Virus record (IMG/VR): IMGVR_UViG_3300029318_000016
Location: 1 to 44,132 of that record
Direction: 5' to 3' (one strand)
Length of the DNA: 44,132 bases
Source: a virus
Taxonomy: Duplodnaviria > Caudoviricetes
The position numbers and the translations under genes were made by a program. Positions within the stretch are counted from its first letter, which is position 1. Each line of letters starts with the position of its first letter. Shown here one piece after another: positions 28,101-37,542 of this stretch. The notes beneath the pieces are model-generated. The model was not told where the DNA came from, searched no databases, and worked only from the letters and a program-made list of their open reading frames with translations.

Positions 28101-31100
28101 TTCAACTTCAACTATTGTAGATGATCCTATACCGGTTATTGGTCCACTAGCAGTTGTTCCAAGACCAACATTAATAATCTTCATATATTCATCATCAATT
28201 TCTAGTATATCACCAGGTGATATTGTTGAAATTCCACTCAAGGCAAAAGTAGTATCCGTTGCAGAAATACCTCCATCATTTCCGGTCAATGTTTGAGAAA
28301 TTTTAGTAAAAGCAATTGGATATTGAGCAATATTATCAATAGTAATTAACGTTTTTTCGTTTCTCTTTGCCATTGCAAATTCATGAGCATTTCCACTACC
28401 CAAACCGGTAAAAGTTACAGCAGTTCCGGCTTTAGTTGTTGATATTGAGAAATTGTTGTTATTGTCAACAACCGCAAACACTTGCGTAGGGAGAGTTGTA
28501 AATACAGCAAGTGCAGAACTCTTATAAGTCATTGGAGAAGCAGAAACTCCATCAAATGTCGATTTTGGAGTGTACACTAATTCTTCTCCATCACTGAAAA
28601 AGTGATTATTAATTGAGAACTTTCCAGTAGAGGCATTAAGAACTGCAGTATCTGCAGGATTGAATTTTTTAGCAAAAATTGGAGTTTTGTCTGAAGTTAA
28701 CACAAAATTATCTTGATTAATGCGGTCTCCATTTATTGCCAGATAACGACCAGTATTGACAGTTTCAATCGATGTACCATATGAAAGATCTGGAGCCTGA
28801 TTTAAAATATCCACATCAGAGTATAAGCATTCACTAAATGATTTTATTTCTAAATCACCACTAAAATTAGAATCTGGATAAAATTTTAGTAATACATTAT
28901 TTCCATCATATTCTCCACCAAATGTTCCAATACCAATTGCAGTATCAAATGTTCCAATACCAGATGCTGAAAGGAATGCTGATTGCTGTATGTAAATGTC
29001 AGTTCCATCTTGAACCATCATTATCTGTTGAACTGATTTAGTAGTTCCAATTCCAACTTCAACTAAAGATTTGGAAGCATCAAATAAATTTTTATCCAAA
29101 CTTAAGAATGAAGTAGATACTCCAGAAGTTGTTGTAGAAAAACCTGCTTCATAAATTGCAGATCTTTCATTACCTTCAGGTTGGTCTGGTAAAATATATC
29201 TAAAAGTTCCAACACCAACAGCAGTTGTTCCAAATCCAACAATTCTTGTTTTTGCAATTACATTTTCATTAGACTCATTCTTATAAGTCAAATTAACTAC
29301 ACCAGAGTCCATATAGGCATCAAAAGATCCTAATGAATTTAATGATCTAGAAAAATCTTCAGTATCGAAGTAGAATTCTGCAGTGAATATATCGTTTCCA
29401 TTGTGTGTTAAATATACCTCAACAAAATTAGACTCTCTGGATAATTTTTTATATACTTGTGCATTTATATGCAATGATTCAAATTTATCAGTAGCAAAAC
29501 CAATAACAATACTTGAAGTTCCTGCAGAAACTTCTTGACTACGAGATGTTAAATCAATAAATCCGATAGATGTTGTTCCAACACCAACTAATTGATTATC
29601 AAACTTTTTATCAATATATTTAATATCATACTCTGTATCATATGGATCTTTAGGAGTAAATCTAACATAAGTGTCTCCAAATTCATCATCTTCTAGTGAA
29701 AAATCTCCATACTGTTCTCCGTCAATTGTAGTTAATCCAGATCCTACATTAACTAATGATTGTTTTTCTAAAATACCAATATTTCCACTTATGAGATCCT
29801 TTGCATAAATTAAACTTGTTAATTGAACTTGATTTTTTCCACTAACATCAGATACTTTGAAAAGATAATTATTATAAGATGATGAGTTATCAATTTTAAT
29901 TAAATCTTTAAATTCTGAAGGATCATCTGCAGAACTAGAGAATTGATCTTGAATATTATCAATTTTCAGAACGATATTTGATTTTGATTCATTATAATTT
30001 GTTAAATTTTTATTTTTTAATTTTACAAATTTAGACTTGTTATTGATAGGATCTAGATCAACATCTTTTACCAAATCAAAGATGTTAATAGTATCAACTC
30101 TGTTTTCCGAAATACAATCTTTAATTATTGTAGTTGTATCGGAAGTAGTTTTAATTCCAATTTTTTCATTTTCATCAGACATTACTACAGTGTCTGAGAA
30201 GTTTTTGATTCCTGTTGAGTGGACTAAACTGTTAACAGGTGTTCTAATATCTTTCCACTGTTGCTTGCTATTGATAGAATATGATAAATTTTGATAATAA
30301 TCATTATCAGCAAGAACTTGATAATCTTCACTTAATTTTCCAGTTTCTTTTTCCCAACCTTCATCTTTTCTATTTGAAAACTTAGTTTCATAGAATCCAT
30401 CATATTTTTCTATAGATCTTATAGTGGCAACATTTCCGGAAATTTTCCCTTCAATTCTTTCATTGGCAGAAAGATCATAAGAACCAAACACTTTTAAATT
30501 TCCAGATTTGTCACTTGCAATAACTTCCAAATCTATTTCTTGATCATTACTTAGTAATTTTTCCCCCAATTCAAAAATTGATGGTGCTAATGATATTGAA
30601 AATGTAGGGTAATTATTTTTAGATATAATGTTTCCAAAAGAATCTTGAACTGTTTTGGCAATTCCTGTATTTGTTCCCAATCCAGAAATACTAATAGTTA
30701 CTTCATCGTCATTAATTGGTGGATTGAGAGTTTGATCTGTTTTATTTTTATAATTAGTTACCTCAAAGAATTTGTATCCATAATCACTAGAATTAAATCC
30801 ATCACCATCTGTTCCGAATTTTTGAATACCCTCAATAAAAACTTGTTCCCCTACCTCAAAAGTATCTGTAGAAAATCCTATCGATGGTGTAGTTAAAATA
30901 CATGTAAAAATACCAGTATTAGATGATTGAACTTGTTTGATACTAATCCCATTTGTATTATTAATGGTAAAAAGTTCTGCAGATTGATCAGATATACCTT
31001 TTGGAGAAGCATCAATTTTCAATTCCACAATTGAATTTCCTGCTAATGTTGGAATTATTGATCCATTATCTAACAACTCTCTAGTGTCATTATTGACAAC

Positions 31101-34100
31101 TATTATTTGAGGTGCGGAGACATATCCAGATCCACCAGAAACTATTGTTGCAATTCCAATTGTATTGGAGTCCTTTAATACAATTTTTGGTGATATGAAA
31201 GCTTCTGGTTGTAAGGTTTTATCTGAAGAATATTCAAATCCTTCATTAATAATCCTAGTACTTTTAATTATTCCAATATCATTGGAATTTAAAGAAACTA
31301 ATAAATTTTCTCCATTTGCTGAAGTTATACTTGAAATTGAAGGTAATTTCTTATATCCAGAACCTCCAGATAATAAATGTATTTTATTTGCAGGTCCAGA
31401 TGCAGTTAACGAAGTAGTAGTATATTCCAAATTGTCGCATTCTGTAGATGCATATGACAATCTCTCAGGAGACTTCTGTAAAGAAATTTGAAATGTTGAC
31501 ACTCCTAAGTTAGAAATGGTATAATTTTGATTATATAAACTATCTACGAATAAAATTTCGGAATAATTATTTACATCCGTATCAGAAGAACTAATAAATC
31601 CTGATTTTTCTAAAGAGTAATAAAGTTTTCTTGGTAGTTCGGGACTATTTTTTATTGTAAACGTTGCATTAGAAGATCCTATTGTTCCAGAACTTTCTAG
31701 ATTAAAGACATCTGTAGATCCGGTAGACACAAATTCATTATTAAAATCTTGATCATAATAAACTTTAAACTCGTATCCAGATAAAGAAGAGTCTGACAAA
31801 TCAAATAGTAAATTATTATTTTTTACAGATTCTATTCTAGGATTAATTTTAGAAATATTTTGAGATGATCCTCCGGTGGATGCAAAACTTACAACTATTG
31901 GCGGATTACTTGTAGAATTAATTAATGTCTCACTTAACTTAATAATATCTGAATTAACTTTATAAACATAATATGAACCTGTTTGTAGACCAGAAATAGT
32001 TTCAGAAGTTCCAGGTTCTGCATAATAATGTACTTTATCTCCAGTATTTAAATTATGAGAAGTAATTGAAATTTGATCTGTGGACGAATTTACTGCTGAA
32101 GAACTAAATCCTATAGGATCAATTTCAAGATTTCCTGTTAGAGAATTTCTACTTACTTTTACACTAGTAGAAGTTCCAATACCAACAGAGAGATTTGGTT
32201 TTACGTTTAATGAAATTTGATCTCCGGCAGTTAATCCATGTGCCGTTGATATAGAGATAGTAGATATAATTTTTTCAACTTTTGCAGTCTGCTGGTCAAA
32301 ATTACTTTCAAGATAATATTCATCGTTATCATCACCATTAGTTACGAAGTAAATTTCATCAGATGTTATAATAGTTTTTATTCCTATGGTATTTGGTGAC
32401 TTATTTACAGCAAAAACAGTTGCTGGTAAATCATATGTTTGCCCAGATGGTGTGTCTGAGATAAGAATATTTCCATTTCCATTTGTCTCAAATGTAAGTT
32501 GTTGATTAGTCTGGAAAGGATGATTCAAAAGACTAATCCTTTGCATAGGTATAGATTCCTCAATTAATTCATTTCCAAAACTAAATGACGTTGAATACCC
32601 AACTCCTGCTGTTGTACCAAGTCCAACGGACTCTTTTGGATTGAAATAAATTCTATCGTTAGATTTTGAATCAAAATAATCAAGTTTTTTATCTATTGTA
32701 AATGTTCTTGATTTGAAAGATACTGATGTCCCGGCATTATGTGCAATTCCAGAATCACCTCTCTTAACTCTCAAAACATTCTTATTTTGATATACATTTA
32801 ATATTTCTAAAGTTTCTGTTCCAATACCAATACTGCTGCCAACTGAAACTCCGGGTGGTATTTGTGTTACATAAATTTCAGTTGTTCCTGCACCAGAGGA
32901 TGATACAATTTCTGTTGTCAATCCAGAATTTGGAATAGTTGGAACATTAATTTTAAAATAATTATTTAATTCAACCAGTTGAGAACTGCTAATTCCGGTA
33001 AATCCAGATATTGTAATATAATCATTATCGGATAATGTATGGAAAGGTGATATGGTTGCTGTTATTTTTCCATCATTTCTCCAAGTAAATAAAACATTAT
33101 CATAAACTTCATTGGAAGTATTAATATTATTAATAGTTTTACCTTTTATTGAAGATACTCTGGCAGAAATTCCTCCACCATTTGTATTGGTATTATCAAA
33201 AAGTAGTGCATCATTTACTTTATAATTATCTCCAGAATTGACAATTTCTACAGAAGAAATAGATCCTTCCTGAACAGATTCAACGGAAATTTTCTGCCTT
33301 TTAATTTCATTACTTTCAATAATAAAATCATTATCAGCATTTAACTCAGAGACTTTATATGGTAAAGTGTTTCTGGAAAGAGATGAATTATTGAAATCAA
33401 ATTCTTGATTTAAAGTTTTATTTTGTTTAATTGTATTTGATCTAAAAGAATTTCCAATGAAATATGGAAACTCTGGATTTCCATTGATATCAATTGTAGC
33501 GTGGTATGCATATACTCCATTTGGAAAATCTATTGTTTTTGCAAATCTTCCGTTATTTCTATCAAGATCTCCATTTTGATTATCATATTTGTAATCTTCA
33601 ACAAAAAATCCGAGAGGAAACTCTGTTACTGATGGTCTATCTGAAATGTTAGACGCACTCTTTGTGTATCCTGTTGTCATAGTTTTGATTCCAGGATTAG
33701 TGCCTGTAGGATCTACAGTTGCATAGGGACCATAAATTGGATTTCCATCATATGCCCATCCAATAATTCCAGACAAATCACTTCCATCATCATTGAAAGA
33801 TGATCTCAATACATCAAAATATCCTGATACTGAATATGAAAGTTCACCATCTTCATCACTTAATATTTCATTTTGCTGTGTAGGTAATTTTTCAACTTGA
33901 TTTACTGTAAGTGATCTTATAGATGCGTTTAAAATTGCACCAGTTCCAGATGGGATAATTTCAATACTACTTGAAGTAGAATATCCAATTCCAGCATTGA
34001 GAATCTTTACATCACTAATTTTTTCATTAGTAATTACAGCTCTTAGTTTGGCACCAGTGCCAGATCCTGTTGGATCAGAAACGATTAATTCTGGAACTGA

Positions 34101-37100
34101 AAAATATTCAAATCCTCCGAATTGAAGATTGACTTCATTTATAGATCCATTTACTATAACTGGTTCTAAACTAGCACTTCTTCCATTTTTAAAAGTAAAT
34201 GATGGTTTTTTCTCAACATTTAAAATATCTGATCCATACTTTGTTCCTTCTTCATAAAGATAAATTTGCTCAAGAGATCCCTTAATGATTGGTGTAGCAA
34301 CTATAGATTGAGATTGTGTTGTTGTTCCAAGTCCAACAGATGTAAATTCAACGGATACTTGTATATCAGGATACTTAAATTGATGCAAATCTGTTCCTAC
34401 AGATGTCAATTTTACAAATTTATCTTGCTCATAATTTGAAGAAATTGTTCCTCCAATACCAGCATCAGATAACCTAAAAGAATTATCATCATTTTTTAAG
34501 ATATAATATTGATTAGTTGTTGTTAGACCAGATATAGGTGTTCCTGTTGAAGAATATTCAATTATTTCACCATCAGAAAATCCATGATTAATAAAATTAA
34601 TTGTTCCATTAGATGTAGAAATTCCAGAAGGTTTTACTAAAAGTTTTCTGTTTGTGAATTTTCCACCATCTAAAACTTTTATTTCGGAGATTGTATTCTT
34701 TACATTTAAAGTTGCAAATTTCTGTATTCCGTTTAAAGATGAAGACTCAAAAGAAATTGTATTAATTCCAGATTGAAGATCTTCAAACGTATTGAATAAT
34801 TTAATAGTAGTATTATTATCTACTTTTGCAAAATAGTTAGAATTGTCGATTAATGTGGATACTCCCAATCCAATAGTAATACTACTATTTCCATTATTTT
34901 TATAAGTAATTTCTTCTCCATTAACAAAATTATGATCTGTTAAAAAGGTAATCTGTGGATCGGTACTAGTTGTGTTTATACCTCCACCATCAGTCGTTCT
35001 TCTTGCATCAAATGATACTTCCCTCCTTCTGGTATTAATTACAGGTTCAAATAATCCTCCAGATACATTTCCTCCAGTAACATTAATTGATAAAACTTCC
35101 TCAATATCAAAATTCTGATTATCAATAAAAATATCTTCAATAGTTCCAGTTACAACTGGTTGAACTAGTGCAGTTGTTCCAAGTCCCGCAGAAACTTCGA
35201 TAGATGGAGGACTTATAACATCAAATCCCGACCCAGCATTTAAAATATCAACTTTTTCAAGAGGTCCGAAGTAAATTTTATCAAATGTTTTATAATTTGA
35301 TATTTCGACACCATTAATCAACATTCCAATTTTTCCAGGATCTGTTATTTCATCAGTTCCATTTTTGATATTTGGATTTAATGCAAATTTCTTTAAAACT
35401 TTTTGTGGATTTATTGTTTCAGATTTTTGAGAAGATGAAATAAAAGTATGAGTTTCTAAAGTGGAAGTTGAAGATGCAAATTGAACACTGTTAGAATCTG
35501 AATCTAAAAATGATGCAGATGTAAAAAGTTTTATTTTTTTGGGGTTAGTGGATGAAACTTTTACATAGTATGATCCATTTAATAATCCCGTGAGAGGTGT
35601 GTTAGATGCCCTATATTCAATCTTTTCCCCATTTATGAAGGGAACATCAGTATCAAATAAGATAGAGGTATATAAACCTGTTGTGGTGTCTTGATCCTCA
35701 AGGCTTCCACCATTTGATGAAATTGATATTGAATTCAGTTTTTTGGTAATTTGATATGTATAAGAATTGTTAGATAATCCATTTCCCCAAGAAGGAATTG
35801 AATTTGATGCAACATACGCAAAATTGTCAGTATCAAAATAAACATTTTGAACATCGGAAATAATAGAATCATTTCCATATTTTAAATTGACAGTAGAACT
35901 ATTTGTCTTATGAATTTTTCTTCTTAACTTATAATTTCCATTAACATTTGGAATAAAAGAATTCAAATTCCCTATTGATATTGATTTTGATCCATAGTCA
36001 ATATCAGAATTAATAAAAGGTAGATCTGAAGTAGAAGTTGGGTAGATAACAGTATTATTGGAAATGTCAACAAATTCTACAAGATCTCCCTTTTTAAATT
36101 GAGATCTATCAAGAGTCGTATCAAAAGTGACTCCCGTGGAGTTAGTCAATTGACCATTAATGTTTGTCGCCCCAATAAATGATGAAATATTGACTGAAGA
36201 ACTAGTATTGTAAATCCAAGAATTTGCGAAAATTTCTTTATATGTTTTATTTTGTTCCGGATTTTTAACTAAGCTACCAACATTTTTAACTGTTATAATC
36301 TGACCTTCATCAACAGAAACAGATTTTGATCTTTGCACAAAGTTTGATAAAACTCCTGTCAATCTTAAAACAACCTTATTTTCTACGTTACCATTTTCAT
36401 ATGAAAAATAAGTATCATTAGAAAAAATATTATCAGTAACGGAAATAGTTGAATCAATTCCAGAGCACCCTAAAAATTGATTTACACTTTTTTCGGTATA
36501 AGTAATAATATTATTTCCAGAATATATTGTTCCAGTTTGCCCAAATCCAATAGTAGAGTCTACCGATATTACAGATGAACCTACACTTACATTTTCGAGA
36601 ACTTTTGAACTTGGAGTAATGGTAAAATTGCCCTTAACATTACTATTTTCAGCATATCCAACAAATAATCCCAATTTAAAATATTGTTTTTGATTTCTTG
36701 TAAATGCCTCAACAGAAGATATTGAAGCATTTGTTGCTTCATCAGTAGTCTTAATCAATGTTTGTCCAACTATTTTTGTTGGATCTCCACTTATTACTTC
36801 AGCTACACATACTTCTCTTCTAATAAATTCGGCATCTGAAGGTTTGATTAAGTAATCTTCAAGATTAATTAATCTAGGAGTTTCTCCATACAGTACATTG
36901 AACAAGATTCTAAATGAGTCATCTGTTCCTTTTGATTCATAAAAAGATCTAGATTCTTTTATAAAGTTTCCGACATTTATTTTTGAATCAAAAACTCGAT
37001 CTTCAAATCCTGGAGTATATGTAAATTTAATTTTTTTATAAAATTCACTTAAGAATAAAGAACTCAAATTTTGAACATTTGATTCCGATTTATGAGAAGA

Positions 37101-37541
37101 TGCTGTTGTTGTAGAAAATACTAGTTCTTCTTCATTTAAATCTTGATGATAACTAGTAATACCACTAAATCCGCGAACGCATCCAATAAAAGTATTTGCA
37201 GTAAGTCCAGTATATGTAATGACTTCATTATCAATTTTTAATAGTCCATATTGATTTGGAAATCCCTTTGTGCTAGAAACTGAGATAGTATCACTAGTTG
37301 CAGTAATATCTCCGGATAAAGTTGTTGATCCCACAATAACTTCTGGTGTGAGATTGTCCAACTTCAGATATTGATCTAGATTTTCTGCAACGTCAACTGG
37401 ACCTCCCTGATATTCTTGAGAGATATAATATTGCTTCAGAAAATCTAATGTCTTAGGACTTTCGTCCAAGACATACTCTGGCAATTGATTTGAAATTATA
37501 TCCTGAATCTTGACTCTAGATTCAATTCCAGTTTGTATCAT
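25197..37541 (-). CDS. gp7: Giant baseplate wedge initiator gp7-like protein (4114 aa)
   Basis: Lies between gp6 and gp8; QLPEY...FLKQYY, FYESKGT..SFRILF, DNDYYQNLSYSI, VHSTG motifs; IIGWAYDGNPIYGPY (YHYH-like) segment; many GSGY/NHGF repeats. Confidence 0.85.
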   Translation of the reverse strand: MIQTGIESRVKIQDIISNQLPEYVLDESPKTLDFLKQYYISQEYQGGPVDVAENLDQYLKLDNLTPEVIVGSTTLSGDITATSDTISVSSTKGFPNQYGLLKIDNEVITYTGLTANTFIGCVRGFSGITSYHQDLNEEELVFSTTTASSHKSESNVQNLSSLFLSEFYKKIKFTYTPGFEDRVFDSKINVGNFIKESRSFYESKGTDDSFRILFNVLYGETPRLINLEDYLIKPSDAEFIRREVCVAEVISGDPTKIVGQTLIKTTDEATNASISSVEAFTRNQKQYFKLGLFVGYAENSNVKGNFTITPSSKVLENVSVGSSVISVDSTIGFGQTGTIYSGNNIITYTEKSVNQFLGCSGIDSTISVTDNIFSNDTYFSYENGNVENKVVLRLTGVLSNFVQRSKSVSVDEGQIITVKNVGSLVKNPEQNKTYKEIFANSWIYNTSSSVNISSFIGATNINGQLTNSTGVTFDTTLDRSQFKKGDLVEFVDISNNTVIYPTSTSDLPFINSDIDYGSKSISIGNLNSFIPNVNGNYKLRRKIHKTNSSTVNLKYGNDSIISDVQNVYFDTDNFAYVASNSIPSWGNGLSNNSYTYQITKKLNSISISSNGGSLEDQDTTTGLYTSILFDTDVPFINGEKIEYRASNTPLTGLLNGSYYVKVSSTNPKKIKLFTSASFLDSDSNSVQFASSTSTLETHTFISSSQKSETINPQKVLKKFALNPNIKNGTDEITDPGKIGMLINGVEISNYKTFDKIYFGPLEKVDILNAGSGFDVISPPSIEVSAGLGTTALVQPVVTGTIEDIFIDNQNFDIEEVLSINVTGGNVSGGLFEPVINTRRREVSFDARRTTDGGGINTTSTDPQITFLTDHNFVNGEEITYKNNGNSSITIGLGVSTLIDNSNYFAKVDNNTTIKLFNTFEDLQSGINTISFESSSLNGIQKFATLNVKNTISEIKVLDGGKFTNRKLLVKPSGISTSNGTINFINHGFSDGEIIEYSSTGTPISGLTTTNQYYILKNDDNSFRLSDAGIGGTISSNYEQDKFVKLTSVGTDLHQFKYPDIQVSVEFTSVGLGTTTQSQSIVATPIIKGSLEQIYLYEEGTKYGSDILNVEKKPSFTFKNGRSASLEPVIVNGSINEVNLQFGGFEYFSVPELIVSDPTGSGTGAKLRAVITNEKISDVKILNAGIGYSTSSSIEIIPSGTGAILNASIRSLTVNQVEKLPTQQNEILSDEDGELSYSVSGYFDVLRSSFNDDGSDLSGIIGWAYDGNPIYGPYATVDPTGTNPGIKTMTTGYTKSASNISDRPSVTEFPLGFFVEDYKYDNQNGDLDRNNGRFAKTIDFPNGVYAYHATIDINGNPEFPYFIGNSFRSNTIKQNKTLNQEFDFNNSSLSRNTLPYKVSELNADNDFIIESNEIKRQKISVESVQEGSISSVEIVNSGDNYKVNDALLFDNTNTNGGGISARVSSIKGKTINNINTSNEVYDNVLFTWRNDGKITATISPFHTLSDNDYITISGFTGISSSQLVELNNYFKINVPTIPNSGLTTEIVSSSGAGTTEIYVTQIPPGVSVGSSIGIGTETLEILNVYQNKNVLRVKRGDSGIAHNAGTSVSFKSRTFTIDKKLDYFDSKSNDRIYFNPKESVGLGTTAGVGYSTSFSFGNELIEESIPMQRISLLNHPFQTNQQLTFETNGNGNILISDTPSGQTYDLPATVFAVNKSPNTIGIKTIITSDEIYFVTNGDDNDEYYLESNFDQQTAKVEKIISTISISTAHGLTAGDQISLNVKPNLSVGIGTSTSVKVSRNSLTGNLEIDPIGFSSSAVNSSTDQISITSHNLNTGDKVHYYAEPGTSETISGLQTGSYYVYKVNSDIIKLSETLINSTSNPPIVVSFASTGGSSQNISKINPRIESVKNNNLLFDLSDSSLSGYEFKVYYDQDFNNEFVSTGSTDVFNLESSGTIGSSNATFTIKNSPELPRKLYYSLEKSGFISSSDTDVNNYSEILFVDSLYNQNYTISNLGVSTFQISLQKSPERLSYASTECDNLEYTTTSLTASGPANKIHLLSGGSGYKKLPSISSITSANGENLLVSLNSNDIGIIKSTRIINEGFEYSSDKTLQPEAFISPKIVLKDSNTIGIATIVSGGSGYVSAPQIIVVNNDTRELLDNGSIIPTLAGNSIVELKIDASPKGISDQSAELFTINNTNGISIKQVQSSNTGIFTCILTTPSIGFSTDTFEVGEQVFIEGIQKFGTDGDGFNSSDYGYKFFEVTNYKNKTDQTLNPPINDDEVTISISGLGTNTGIAKTVQDSFGNIISKNNYPTFSISLAPSIFELGEKLLSNDQEIDLEVIASDKSGNLKVFGSYDLSANERIEGKISGNVATIRSIEKYDGFYETKFSNRKDEGWEKETGKLSEDYQVLADNDYYQNLSYSINSKQQWKDIRTPVNSLVHSTGIKNFSDTVVMSDENEKIGIKTTSDTTTIIKDCISENRVDTINIFDLVKDVDLDPINNKSKFVKLKNKNLTNYNESKSNIVLKIDNIQDQFSSSADDPSEFKDLIKIDNSSSYNNYLFKVSDVSGKNQVQLTSLIYAKDLISGNIGILEKQSLVNVGSGLTTIDGEQYGDFSLEDDEFGDTYVRFTPKDPYDTEYDIKYIDKKFDNQLVGVGTTSIGFIDLTSRSQEVSAGTSSIVIGFATDKFESLHINAQVYKKLSRESNFVEVYLTHNGNDIFTAEFYFDTEDFSRSLNSLGSFDAYMDSGVVNLTYKNESNENVIAKTRIVGFGTTAVGVGTFRYILPDQPEGNERSAIYEAGFSTTTSGVSTSFLSLDKNLFDASKSLVEVGIGTTKSVQQIMMVQDGTDIYIQQSAFLSASGIGTFDTAIGIGTFGGEYDGNNVLLKFYPDSNFSGDLEIKSFSECLYSDVDILNQAPDLSYGTSIETVNTGRYLAINGDRINQDNFVLTSDKTPIFAKKFNPADTAVLNASTGKFSINNHFFSDGEELVYTPKSTFDGVSASPMTYKSSALAVFTTLPTQVFAVVDNNNNFSISTTKAGTAVTFTGLGSGNAHEFAMAKRNEKTLITIDNIAQYPIAFTKISQTLTGNDGGISATDTTFALSGISTISPGDILEIDDEYMKIINVGLGTTASGPITGIGSSTIVEVERGHVGSTAASHTDATSTRIYRGSYNIVGDSIFFTNPPRGNSNITRTENNLKFETSDFTGRVFLRKDYTTNEIFDDFSDEFTGIGRTFAITVGGSNTTGIGTTGGNGVVFINGIFQTPTTENNPLNNFSIIDPTSVGYPPSPVLTLEYTSGYTSNSSSGTHTVTANAGGSTTDIEFDVTIGLGPSYPIGATPTINDGGTGYEVGDTITVTSPSWSSTDVVFTVTRVDGPSSIIFSGIRTDNSDPTSLLISESDVNQNQLPRGGVIISLGSTGGQGYAPLVGAAVTAIINGSGTITGLTTGITGGTFGSGYNSIVSIGVSIVDPTGNGSGAVITASPVGTGGTLTFNITNGGSNYSNQTQIFVSEPSYENLEVTGVSRVGLGPTTDTGIGLLLNINVGASSTTGIGSTYHSVNNFNIARSGYSFRKGDVFKPVGLVTAAGLTSPLSEFELTVLEVFNDNFASWQFGELDYIDSVKNFQDGFRVVFPLFYNGSLLSFQQPEDSSFDLQNLLIIFLNGILQEPGESYVFDGGTSFSFSVAPKPEDKIDIFYYRGTRGQDDLQVNNVPPTLEKGDIIRIYKNDTILETKTQDSRTIFDLTSSDKFETSLYVDEGIDEINLKPMSWTKQKIDRQINGEFVSKKRQSIIAQIYPTAKIIKDVGTSDTEIFVDDISNFGYEESNDVSKTYTFEGIIIDGKEDPSPANITATIGAGGTVSSLTIDPGNSGSGYVGSTVNIKFQNPLQIDDPQNVGVGTTATATATVTNGAITATTITNPGFGYTVEPKTIVPLPNTNFENLNKIETIRGFSGNVTEIEAVTPTSGHSKALKFTLDVSPNIFNSGSNTLDVGFPILIKNTTIGSGVTSVDDSNAAVVGIGTTFVDNVYYVRQISANGSVGIITCNIDSGTDVTGLTANGNTGTFSWGRLSGNSIRSSSPIAIGVSGKTVDVGLSTFPTIQRRNEGLRDTGALPETLN

Positions 37542-37542
37542 A

